Source: Caldilineaceae bacterium (GTDB lineage: Bacteria > Chloroflexota > Anaerolineae > Caldilineales > Caldilineaceae). From it: 64,000 nt of DNA. Under the pieces are notes generated by a model. It was not told the DNA's origin. It saw only the letters and a program-made list of their open reading frames with translations, and ran no database searches. A program made the position numbers and the translations under genes. The stretch covers positions 5,651 to 69,650 of the forward strand of contig WTGY01000005.1 of NCBI GenBank assembly GCA_011523365.1, given 5' to 3'. This document shows positions 1 to 8,456 of the stretch, piece after piece (the first letter of the stretch is position 1; every line of letters starts with the position of its first letter).

Positions 1-1
1 G

Positions 2-769
2 GTGACTGATGAGTTCGTTCAACTCAGCGCCAGCGTCACCGAGCATACCGACGTTTTTGACCTGGAGCCGGGCCACACGCCCGAGTCGCCCAAGCTGCGC
101 AGACTCAAGGATCCGGTGATGCAGCACAAGGTGTACGAAGAATGCCTCAGGCACCCAGGCATCCTCGACATTGCCGAGCAGCTCGTGGGGCCGGGTGTGC
201 GGACGAACGGCAACAAGCTGAACATGAAGTCACCGGAATACGGCAGTCCCGTCGAGTGGCATCAGGACTGGGCTTTCTATCCGCATACCAACGATGATTT
301 GCTGGCAGTCGGCGTCAGTATGGACGACATGATGTACGAGAACGGCTGTCTGCTTGTCATTCCCGGTTCACACAAGGGCCCGATTTACACGCATCATCAG
401 GACGGACACTTTGCCGGCGCGGTAACGGTTGAGGTGCCGGACGCGGACAAGGCGGTGCCGATAGAATTGGAGGCTGGCGGCATCTCGATCCACCATGTGC
501 GGACGCTGCATGCTTCGGCAAAGAACGTCTCATCCCGTCCTCGAAGATTGCTTCTTTACCAATACTGCTCGGTGGACTCCTGGTACCTACAGGGATACCC
601 CAACTGGGAGGCATATGCGGATTCCGTGTTGCGCGGTGAGCCTTGCAACCGTCCGCGGCTGGCTGACGTACCTGTGTTGATGCCTTATCCGGAGGCACTG
701 CGCGGGGGCTCGATTTACGAGACGCAGACGATTCTCGAGAAGCCGGTTTTCGCGGGCGCGATGAAATAA
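2..769 (+). CDS. phytanoyl-CoA dioxygenase (PhyH) family Fe(II)/2-oxoglutarate oxygenase, probably 5'-truncated by the window edge
   Basis: 255-aa ORF opening at the window edge. VEWHQDWAFYPH (HxD) and SIHHVRTLHAS motifs are typical of PhyH-type dioxygenases. Confidence 0.8.
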   Translation: MTDEFVQLSASVTEHTDVFDLEPGHTPESPKLRRLKDPVMQHKVYEECLRHPGILDIAEQLVGPGVRTNGNKLNMKSPEYGSPVEWHQDWAFYPHTNDDLLAVGVSMDDMMYENGCLLVIPGSHKGPIYTHHQDGHFAGAVTVEVPDADKAVPIELEAGGISIHHVRTLHASAKNVSSRPRRLLLYQYCSVDSWYLQGYPNWEAYADSVLRGEPCNRPRLADVPVLMPYPEALRGGSIYETQTILEKPVFAGAMK

Positions 770-773
770 GACA

Positions 774-1622
774 ATGATAATCGACAGCCATTGCCACGCC
801 TGGGAACGCTGGCCGTACGAGCCGCCGGTGCCGGACTTTCACGGCAAGGGCCGCTTCGAGCAGCTACTGAACGAGATGGACAACAACGGTGTGGACCAGG
901 CCTTCCTGGTCTGTGCCGCGATCGAGCACAATCCGCACAACAATGACTATATCGCCCGGATGAGCGACTTGTACTCCGGGCGAATTCGTCAGGTGGCGGA
1001 CGTAGATTGCAGCTGGTCGGAGACCTACCACACGCCGGGGGCGGCCGACCGGCTACGGCAGGCTGCGGAGCGCTGGTCGTTGCAGGCTTTCACGCATTAC
1101 ATGAAGCCGGATGACGACGGCAGCTGGCTGTACGGAGAGGACGGGCTGGCGTTTTTCGGGACGGCGGTTGAGCTGGGCCTGATAGCCAGCATCGCGTGCT
1201 CGCCGCATCACCATGCCGCGATACAAAGGGTTGCAGAGCGGTTCCCACAGTTGACCATCTTCATCCACCATTTGGGACATCCCGGGGTCGGTGAAAAAGA
1301 GAGGCTGGCACAGGTTCTGGCCTCGGCGCGTTTTTCCAATATCGGCGTCAAGGTATCAGGATTTTACTATTCGACGAAGCAGGCGTTCTGGGATTTCCCT
1401 TACGCGGATTCGATTCGGGAAATCGTTCGACCACTGTACGACACGTTTGGTCCCGAGCGGCTGTATTGGGGTTCCGACTATCCCGTCTGTTTGCGCAACA
1501 TGACCTATCCCCAGGCGATCGAATGCTTCCGAAGCCATTGCAGTTTCATTGGGGAGGCGGATCAGGCACTGATCATGGGTGAGAATCTGCGCCGACTGCT
1601 CGACTCAGACGGTGACGGGTAG
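774..1622 (+). CDS. amidohydrolase-2 family metal-dependent hydrolase
   Basis: 282-aa ORF. N-terminal IIDSHCHAW metal-binding motif, IHHLGHP and WGSDYP motifs of the PF04909-type TIM-barrel hydrolases. Confidence 0.8.
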   Translation: MIIDSHCHAWERWPYEPPVPDFHGKGRFEQLLNEMDNNGVDQAFLVCAAIEHNPHNNDYIARMSDLYSGRIRQVADVDCSWSETYHTPGAADRLRQAAERWSLQAFTHYMKPDDDGSWLYGEDGLAFFGTAVELGLIASIACSPHHHAAIQRVAERFPQLTIFIHHLGHPGVGEKERLAQVLASARFSNIGVKVSGFYYSTKQAFWDFPYADSIREIVRPLYDTFGPERLYWGSDYPVCLRNMTYPQAIECFRSHCSFIGEADQALIMGENLRRLLDSDGDG

Positions 1623-3419
1623 GGGGCGGACAGTAGAGGTCCACTCCAACTGTTGTTCGACAACCGGCTCCTGCTCCTGCGCATTCAGACGAGACTGTAC
1701 AAGATTGAGATGGCGGTAGATGCCGTCTACCGCCATCAGTTCGTCATGGTTGCCCTGTTCGGCGATGCCTTCGTCCTGCAGCACGACGATTTGGTCGGCG
1801 TTACGGATAGTAGAAAGCCTGTGGGCGATCATCAGCGTCGTGCGACCGGCCATCAGGCGCTCCAGCGCCTGCTGAATCAGTTGCTCCGTTTCCGTGTCCA
1901 CTGAAGAGGTCGCCTCGTCGAGGATCAGAATGGGTGCGTCCTTGAGAATGGCGCGGGCGATGGCGAGGCGTTGTTTCTGGCCACCTGAAAGTTTCACACC
2001 CCTTTCGCCGATCAAGGTATCGTAACCATCCGGCAGCTTGTCTATAAACTCGACTGCATTGGCGACGCGCGCCGCCTCCTCCATCTCTTCGTCACTTGCG
2101 CCCGGCCGTCCAAAGAGGATATTGTCACGAACTGAGCCGTGGAATAGGAAGACGTCCTGAAGGACGATGCTGATCTGCCTGCGCAGACTCTCCATGGTCA
2201 GGTCGCGGATGTCATGCCCGTCCAGCGAAATCCCCCCTTCGTTCACGTCGTAGAAGCGGGGGACCAGACTTGCCAGTGTACTCTTGCCCACGCCGGTCGG
2301 TCCAACGAGAGCGGCCACGGACCCGGCGGGTATCTCCAGATCAATGTTGCGCAGAATGGGCCGGTCGGTCAGGTAGGAGAAACTGACATTGTCAAAAAGA
2401 ATGTTTCCCTGCGCCCGCCCCGGGTATTCCAAAGCACCAGGCCGGTCAACAATGTCCGGCTCCTCATGGAGCAGTTCGCTAACACGCTCCGCTCCGGCCA
2501 GTGCCTCCTGAATTGCCTCCCAGGCATGGCTCAGATGGCGCACCGGCTGGTAGAACAGCTCCAGGTAGAGGAAGAAGGCGACGAGGTCCTCGATCTGCAG
2601 TTCGCCTCTCAGGGCCAGTCTGCCGCCGAAATAGATAACGACAACGACACCGAGGGCCGATGCGAAGTGGACAAATGGCTCAAAGGTGGCCAGCAACCTG
2701 AGGGCGTGCAGGAGGGAGCGTTTGTAGTTATCGATGCGGACACCGATTCGCTCTGACTCCATCCTTTCACGGGTGAAGGTCTTGATTTCGCGAATGCCGG
2801 AAAGGTTGTCCTGCAGGATTGCGTTGAGTTCACCCAACTCGGCCTGGCGCTCTCGAAAGGCTGGGCGCACATACTTGGCAAAGCCTCGCATTGCCAGGAC
2901 GATAAGCGGTATGGGAACCAGTGTCAGTAGCGTCAGCTGCGCGTTCATAATCAGCAGCATAGTACTGACGCCAACCAGGGTGAGGACGTTTACGAGCACA
3001 TCGGGGACGGCGTGGGCGATCAGCTTTTCCAGCAGATCAGAGTCGTTGACCACGCGTGACATCAGCTGGCCGGTCTGTTTGTCTTCGTAATAGTGCAAAG
3101 ACAGCCGTTGCAGATGCCGGTAGATTGCGACCCGAACATCGGCCACCACACCCCAACCGGCCACATGGGCCATATAACTGCGGAGGAATTCCAACCCGGC
3201 CCTGGCGGCGTAGATGGCCAGGGCATAGAGCGCGAGTCGACCAATCAGGCTGTAAGAGATTGAATCCGAGTTCCCGGCGCGTACGGTTGCAATCAATTCA
3301 CGGATAAACCAAGGCGCAAACAGTTGCACGCCCACCAGAAGGACCATGCTTACAACCGTTGCCAGCAACGGGATTCGGTAGGGAAGGGTAAATCTGAAGA
3401 GTGTCTTGGCAAATTCCAT
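1605..3419 (-). CDS. ABC transporter ATP-binding/permease fusion (MsbA/multidrug exporter type)
   Basis: 604 aa. Hydrophobic N-terminal half, Walker A GPTGVGKST, signature LSGGQKQRLAIARA, Walker B ILILDEATS. Confidence 0.9.
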   Translation of the reverse strand: MEFAKTLFRFTLPYRIPLLATVVSMVLLVGVQLFAPWFIRELIATVRAGNSDSISYSLIGRLALYALAIYAARAGLEFLRSYMAHVAGWGVVADVRVAIYRHLQRLSLHYYEDKQTGQLMSRVVNDSDLLEKLIAHAVPDVLVNVLTLVGVSTMLLIMNAQLTLLTLVPIPLIVLAMRGFAKYVRPAFRERQAELGELNAILQDNLSGIREIKTFTRERMESERIGVRIDNYKRSLLHALRLLATFEPFVHFASALGVVVVIYFGGRLALRGELQIEDLVAFFLYLELFYQPVRHLSHAWEAIQEALAGAERVSELLHEEPDIVDRPGALEYPGRAQGNILFDNVSFSYLTDRPILRNIDLEIPAGSVAALVGPTGVGKSTLASLVPRFYDVNEGGISLDGHDIRDLTMESLRRQISIVLQDVFLFHGSVRDNILFGRPGASDEEMEEAARVANAVEFIDKLPDGYDTLIGERGVKLSGGQKQRLAIARAILKDAPILILDEATSSVDTETEQLIQQALERLMAGRTTLMIAHRLSTIRNADQIVVLQDEGIAEQGNHDELMAVDGIYRHLNLVQSRLNAQEQEPVVEQQLEWTSTVRPLPVTV

Positions 3420-3623
3420 CGGCGATTTGGATTGAAGTGGGCACTGAGACGTTGCGCCGCTATCACTGTGGCGGCGCCATGGTTGAGAATCAGATCGTTT
3501 GAGAGCCAGCCATGCTCACTCGAAGGTCGTGAAGCTTTAGCCGTTGTCAGGCGACTCTTTTGGCGGCGGAGGCAGAGGCCTGGAGCCGGTCGCTAACGTA
3601 GCTCACTGAACTTCAGAACGAGT

Positions 3624-5456
3624 TTACTGCTGGGTGCGCAGTTCAACAAAGGTCATTTCGCCGTCACGTACTGTGATCTCCTGCCTGACTTCCTCACCAT
3701 TCACGGAGCCCGTCAAGAGATAGGTGCCGACGGGGATATGGCTCAGGGCGCCGTTCTCGCCCCAAGACGGGTCCGGTCCGATGCTTTCCTGTTCCGGATA
3801 GGTTTCGACTACGCGATACCAGCTTACCCCGGACTCCTCATACCTGTAGAGGGAGAGTTGAACGCCCGGCCAGGTGCGGCCTGTTGCGGACAGGAGCCGG
3901 ACAGCGACTGTACCGGTAAAGGCAGCGGGACGCATCCACAAGGCGGGATTGACCGTGTGCAGGTAACTGTTTTGCCCGATGCGGACTTCCATGTGCAGAT
4001 GGGGTCCGATGGCGATGCCGGTCATGCCTACGCCGCCCAGATAATCTCCTGTCCCCACCCATTGACCTTCCTGGACCTCCACACTGACAAGATGGCCGAA
4101 GAGGACAAAGACGTCCTGTTCTCCGCGAGAGGTATTCAGCTTTCGATCAAGGCGGATGACTACCGTATTACCGTAAAAGTCATTGTAGGGCCCGAGAAGC
4201 TCCGGATTGTCCGGTCCGGCATGGATAACCTCTCCGGATGCGGTGGCGAGTACAGGCGTGCCGACCGGGTTGCCAATGTCGACGCCGTGATGGATTCTGT
4301 AGCGGCCGCCGCCGGTGCTGCCGAATTGGTAGCCAGGGCTGTAGAGTTGATTGAATCCACCTGGAAAAGGGGGCTCGAGCCAAAAGTGTGCGCCGCTGAT
4401 AGGGCTAGGGGGATCGAAGGTCGGCCAGAGGCTGCCGGGACCGCTTGGTGAACGCGGGCCCAGGCCGGGATCGGCGCCTACTTCGACTTGAGTCGACAAT
4501 GAAGTACGGGCCTTGTCGATCTCTTCACGCAGGAGATTCAGTCGGCCCATAGGGGGTCGGGAAACAAATCGCGGCGCGGCGTCCTCAGAAGGGACAGGCG
4601 TACTCAAGGCAGTTGGGTAAAGGAGGCTGAGCCCTGTCATGGGCGGTCTCGACACGAACTCGTCACGAATCGTGGGGTTGAGCTCGTCTCTGTAGGGCTC
4701 GGGGAGCAGAACGCCTTCTGCCTCGAGCTGGGTCAAGGCCTCGGGATCGTAACGGTAGATGGGATCGATGTTGGCAGGGCCAGCCAATGAAGCCGCAGTG
4801 TTTGAAGTAGGGACGCGTAGTGTCGTAACGTCAATTGCTGTCTCATCACTGTCTGCGTCCTCACGTTGCGCGATCGCAGGCGCAAGTGGCGCGAGTTCTA
4901 CGGTAGGCCGATCGGATGGTTGCGAAAGAGGCGCAGGAATCAGTTGGGCGACCCGAGTTGAACCGGCAGAGGAAATGGACCGCGAGTCTTGACTTTGCGT
5001 GCTGGCAACAGTGAGGGCAATGGCAGACGTAGGAGCGGGCACGGGTACGGGAACCGGCCTGAGCCCCTGGGAAGCTACCGGTGCAACGAGGCGGCGGGGC
5101 AGATAGAGGCAACCGACGAGAACGACGGTCAGGGCGATTGCAAATTGGGAACGGAGCGGAGTGCGTCTACGTTGCAAGCGCCCCAGCCAAGTGCCGGTTT
5201 CGCGGGCTTCGACTGTCTGCCGGTCCCGCGGTTGTGCTACAATGAAGGAACGAAGTCGCCGCAGGAACTGCTTCCACCTGTTGGGCCTGGGGCGATGGAA
5301 ACTGCTCTCCACCACTGAATCCGCCAGCCGCCGGAAATAAGCCAGCCCCAGGGCGGTCAAGAGGAAATCATGGCCCAGAGTGACGTTCTGGAGCAACAAG
5401 CGGATGACGAGTCCGATAAAGCCTGTGTTCAAGAGGAGGCTCCTCGCACCATCCAC
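3624..5456 (-). CDS. M23 family metallopeptidase (LytM domain) with one TM helix and a long Pro/Ser/Ala-rich linker
   Basis: C-terminal HHGVDI and GPHLHMEV motifs of M23 peptidases. The start is uncertain because the annotated 5' end overlaps the trmD 5' end by 87 nt. Confidence 0.75.
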   Translation of the reverse strand: MDGARSLLLNTGFIGLVIRLLLQNVTLGHDFLLTALGLAYFRRLADSVVESSFHRPRPNRWKQFLRRLRSFIVAQPRDRQTVEARETGTWLGRLQRRRTPLRSQFAIALTVVLVGCLYLPRRLVAPVASQGLRPVPVPVPAPTSAIALTVASTQSQDSRSISSAGSTRVAQLIPAPLSQPSDRPTVELAPLAPAIAQREDADSDETAIDVTTLRVPTSNTAASLAGPANIDPIYRYDPEALTQLEAEGVLLPEPYRDELNPTIRDEFVSRPPMTGLSLLYPTALSTPVPSEDAAPRFVSRPPMGRLNLLREEIDKARTSLSTQVEVGADPGLGPRSPSGPGSLWPTFDPPSPISGAHFWLEPPFPGGFNQLYSPGYQFGSTGGGRYRIHHGVDIGNPVGTPVLATASGEVIHAGPDNPELLGPYNDFYGNTVVIRLDRKLNTSRGEQDVFVLFGHLVSVEVQEGQWVGTGDYLGGVGMTGIAIGPHLHMEVRIGQNSYLHTVNPALWMRPAAFTGTVAVRLLSATGRTWPGVQLSLYRYEESGVSWYRVVETYPEQESIGPDPSWGENGALSHIPVGTYLLTGSVNGEEVRQEITVRDGEMTFVELRTQQ

Positions 5457-6311
5457 TTCGACGTATTCACCCTGTTTCCGCGAATCGTTTCGGGGGCCCT
5501 TTCAGAGAGCATTCTGGCCCGGGCACAGAAAAAAGGCATTCTTCAAGTAACGCTCCACAATATAAGAGAGTACGCAACAGATCGACACCACACCTGTGAC
5601 GGCTATCCCTACGGCGGGGGCGGGGGAATGGTGATGCGTCCTGAGCCGGTCGTACGTGCGGTCGAGACGGTTCTGAGCCGGCCCTCCGGCTGGCAGTTGC
5701 CGGAAGAAGCGGCGCACGTCGATTTGCCGCCCTGGAATCCGGACGAACCGCCAAGTCTGCGACAGCCTACGCCGATTATCCTGTTGACACCCCAGGGTCG
5801 CCGATTCAATCAGGACGTTGCCGAACAACTCGGCAAACATGGTCGTCTGGCGCTTGTGTGTGGACGTTATGAAGGCGTCGACGAACGGATCCGTACCCAA
5901 TTGACTTCAGATGAACTCAGTATTGGCGACTTTGTGCTCAGCGGAGGTGAAATCGCTGCACTGGCGGTCATTGATGCTGTGACGAGAACGCTGCCGGGCG
6001 TTCTCGGTCATGAGTCGGGCGCTAAGTATGACAGTTTTTCGGACGGTCTGTCCGGCCTTCTAGAAGGGCCACAGTATACGCGACCCACTGAGTTTCGGGG
6101 AGAGGCCGTACCAGAAATACTGTCCAGCGGACATCACGCCAAGGTCGAGCAGTGGCGGCGCGAACAGTCTCTCTTGCGGACGCTCAAGAGGCGTCCGGAA
6201 CTCCTGATGCGAGCGGCGGAATCCGGGCGACTGACGCAGGAGGACCGCCAATTTCTGTCCAGTCAGGGTTGGCAGTTGCCAACTAATGCTGAAGGCCTTT
6301 TCCCCACTTGA
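5370..6311 (+). CDS. trmD: tRNA (guanine37-N1)-methyltransferase
   Basis: [33 protein letters not shown] and GDFVLSGGE motifs are typical of TrmD. It carries an N-terminal extension and an internal ~30-aa insertion relative to canonical TrmD. Confidence 0.85.
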   Translation: MAQSDVLEQQADDESDKACVQEEAPRTIHFDVFTLFPRIVSGALSESILARAQKKGILQVTLHNIREYATDRHHTCDGYPYGGGGGMVMRPEPVVRAVETVLSRPSGWQLPEEAAHVDLPPWNPDEPPSLRQPTPIILLTPQGRRFNQDVAEQLGKHGRLALVCGRYEGVDERIRTQLTSDELSIGDFVLSGGEIAALAVIDAVTRTLPGVLGHESGAKYDSFSDGLSGLLEGPQYTRPTEFRGEAVPEILSSGHHAKVEQWRREQSLLRTLKRRPELLMRAAESGRLTQEDRQFLSSQGWQLPTNAEGLFPT

Positions 6312-6620
6312 CCGGACAAGCGAAGCCGCAGTTTTCCCTTTCATTTTGCTACACAGCAAGACGGGACGGGCGCTTTCTGCCTGCCCAGCCCTCAGACTCT
6401 ATCCACTAAAGAAGAGTCCGTGAGCAGTGCCATTTTACCACTGCGGATCGGCCGGATCCAAATATAATTTATACGCATCTTGACGACAGAATGACTACGA
6501 ACGCAACTCAAGCGGTACGGAACGCGGGCGAAGTAGCGATTGAGTAGGCGCGGCCCCATTTTGGGTGCGTCGCAGTTTATGGATGGTTGCGGTTGGGCGG
6601 GGAACGGATGTAAGCGGTGC

Positions 6621-6980
6621 GAGGAATTGCTCTCAGGCTTGGGGAGAGAGGTACTGGGCAGGCACAGGGCCGGCACATACGGGGATCTGATGGGACTGAC
6701 GGGACGTGGTCTGGCTCGACACCTTCGATCAGCCACCCGTCACCAATATCGACACCCGGTCGATGAGGCATGTTGTTGGGGGGGCGTTGCGGGGGCGGAG
6801 CCCCCGCACAAGGGAGGGCCGAATAGGCCCGACCGCCCAGAAAAGCAATGGTCAGTGGTCAGTAGTCAGTGGTCGGTGGTCAGAGAAGGGGCTAACTCTG
6901 ACGCAGATTTGATCTCGAGAAGGTTGGGGCTCCGCAGCGACCTGAGGCATGGGGAAGTTCGCCCGAATATTGGGATGCAC
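6621..6980 (+). repeat. intergenic repeat, subfamily A, copy 1 (core double hairpin 6778-6839, heptad tail 6849-6883)
   Basis: Aligns by eye with 44981-45320 along its length. The core is shared with 23975-24034 and 55462-55521. Hairpins are GCGGGGGC-GGA-GCCCCCGC (6789-6807) and GGGCC-GAATA-GGCCC (6816-6830). Confidence 0.85.
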
Positions 6981-7218
6981 GCCCTGCTTTTGGAGTGGTA
7001 GACAGAACGGAACAAAAGAGGCATACTAGGGGCCATCGGAAACGGGACACCACTGAAAAGCGCCACTGCCGTGGATCAGAAACGAATGTTTGAAATCGTG
7101 GAGAGGAAGAGTACGTGAACTGAATCATTTCGCCTTCAGGTTTCTCCAGACTTCAAGATAGGCCGGGACGGTTACGCGGTGCGCATTTGGGTGGAGCACG
7201 GGTCGGGGAGCCAATCAG

Positions 7219-7515
7219 ATGACCAAGCGCATTTATGTGGGCAACTTGCCCTACTCGGCGACTGAGGAGGAGGTCCGGGATCTGTTTTCCCAACACGGTG
7301 AGATCATCAGCGTCGCTATGATCACCGACAGGGAAACCGGTCGATTTCGTGGATTTTGTTTTGTAGAGATGGATGACGACGCGGCTGATGCTGCGATCGA
7401 GGCCCTGAATGACCAGGAGATGGGTGGGCGCACGCTGCGAGTAAATGAGGCGCGTCCGCGGGAGGATCGCGGTAGCCAGGGCGGGTATCGGGACCGCGGC
7501 AGCAGCCGGTGGTAG
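7219..7515 (+). CDS. RRM-type (RNP-1) RNA-binding protein with Gly/Arg-rich tail
   Basis: 98 aa. RNP2 IYVGNL, RNP1 RGFCFVEM, SD-like GGGGAG upstream of the ATG. Confidence 0.9.
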   Translation: MTKRIYVGNLPYSATEEEVRDLFSQHGEIISVAMITDRETGRFRGFCFVEMDDDAADAAIEALNDQEMGGRTLRVNEARPREDRGSQGGYRDRGSSRW

Positions 7516-7554
7516 GCTCAAACCCATAGTCATTCTTTCATCCATACCGGATTG

Positions 7555-7593
7555 GCCGTCTCTTGTCGTTGCCTGGAGGCGGCTTTTTGTTTC
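7555..7593 (+). terminator. rho-independent terminator of the RRM protein gene
   Basis: Stem GCCGTCTC / GAGGCGGC (8 bp including one G-U pair), 13-nt loop, followed by TTTTTGTTT. Confidence 0.65.
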
Positions 7594-7640
7594 AATTGGA
7601 AGCGGATGACTCGGTCTGTCCGCGTAGTGGAAGTGTGTTC

Positions 7641-8306
7641 ATGGAATCAGATCTTCGTTTGGCAACGCAGCAGGACGCTGCAAGCATTCGGGCGATCTAT
7701 GCACCTTTCGTTCGCGATACGCCAATTTCCTTCGAGGTTGTGCCACCCTCGGAGGAGGAGATGGCCGCCCGGATACGGAAAACTTTGACCCGCTACCCCT
7801 GGCTTGTTTGCCGCGCTCGGGGGAGACTGCTGGGCTATGCCTACGCGGGCGGACACAGTGAGCGGGCCGCTTACCAGTGGTCGGTCAATGTTTCGGTGTA
7901 TGTCCATGGCAGGGCGAAGCGCATGGGAGTAGGGCGTGCGCTGTACGACACGCTGTTTGCCATTTTGCGCATGCAGGGCTTTGTTCGCGCTTACGCCGGA
8001 ATCACACTGCCGAATGTGGAAAGTGTCGGGTTTCACGAGTCTTTCGGCTTCACGAAGGCGGGGACCTTTAGTCGTGTGGGCTACAAATTGGGGGTATGGC
8101 ACGACGTGGGTTACTGGCAGATGGCGATTCAGTCCAGTACCGGTCGCCCGGCCCCGCCTCAGCCATTGCCTGCCTTGCTGAATGAGAGGCGTTTGCAAGA
8201 GGCTTTGACCGCAGGCTCGATGAAGGTTGGCAGGGATATCGAGACCGTTGTGAAAGCAGTCGATGCCGAAAACTTTGCCGAGACAGGGGGAGAAACGGAG
8301 AAATAG
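7641..8306 (+). CDS. GNAT family N-acetyltransferase (phosphinothricin/L-amino-acid acetyltransferase-like)
   Basis: LRLATQQDAASIRAIYAPFV N-terminus and RMGVGRALY acetyl-CoA loop. The ORF-track start at 7563 lies inside the upstream terminator, so the ATG at 7641 is preferred. Confidence 0.8.
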   Translation: MESDLRLATQQDAASIRAIYAPFVRDTPISFEVVPPSEEEMAARIRKTLTRYPWLVCRARGRLLGYAYAGGHSERAAYQWSVNVSVYVHGRAKRMGVGRALYDTLFAILRMQGFVRAYAGITLPNVESVGFHESFGFTKAGTFSRVGYKLGVWHDVGYWQMAIQSSTGRPAPPQPLPALLNERRLQEALTAGSMKVGRDIETVVKAVDAENFAETGGETEK

Positions 8307-8335
8307 GGACTCACCAATTGAGACCACGGCCGCCT

Positions 8336-8365
8336 TTGGCTTAACACATGTTTGACTGGTAGAAT
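8336..8365 (+). promoter_or_regulatory. candidate sigma70-type promoter with extended -10 for the fdrA block
   Basis: TTGGCT (8336-8341), 18-nt spacer, TGgTAGAAT (8357-8365). Confidence 0.4.
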
Positions 8366-8456
8366 GCCCGCGGAATCCTCTCGTGTTCGAAACGAAAGGC
8401 CCCAGTTAAAAGGAAGAGACAGTATAGCGGCCGCCCCAGTGCATTGGAGTGCAACT

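Noticed and set aside
6685-6700. Hammerhead ribozyme core in subfamily A (GGGGATCTGATGGGAC)
   Set aside because: The sequence reads CUGAUGG rather than CUGANGA. I found no matching GAAA element or three-stem arrangement.
6849-6883. Heptad tracts or dispersed hairpin cores as a CRISPR array or integron attC sites
   Set aside because: The units are 7 nt with no spacers. The cores are 10-20 kb apart. The only tyrosine recombinase is a short Xer-type enzyme far from any copy, and no cas genes are present.
6540-7001. ORFs running through the repeat copies (6540-7001 +, 6706-6912 +, 23606-24037 +, 23865-24053 +, 44943-45251 +, 55085-55522 -, 6577-6771 -, 44918-45160 -) as possible small proteins
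   Set aside because: The conserved core is read in different frames in different copies (GVAGAEPPHKGG versus GALRGRSPRTREG). The heptad tails are not multiples of 3. Similarity follows the DNA rather than a protein frame.
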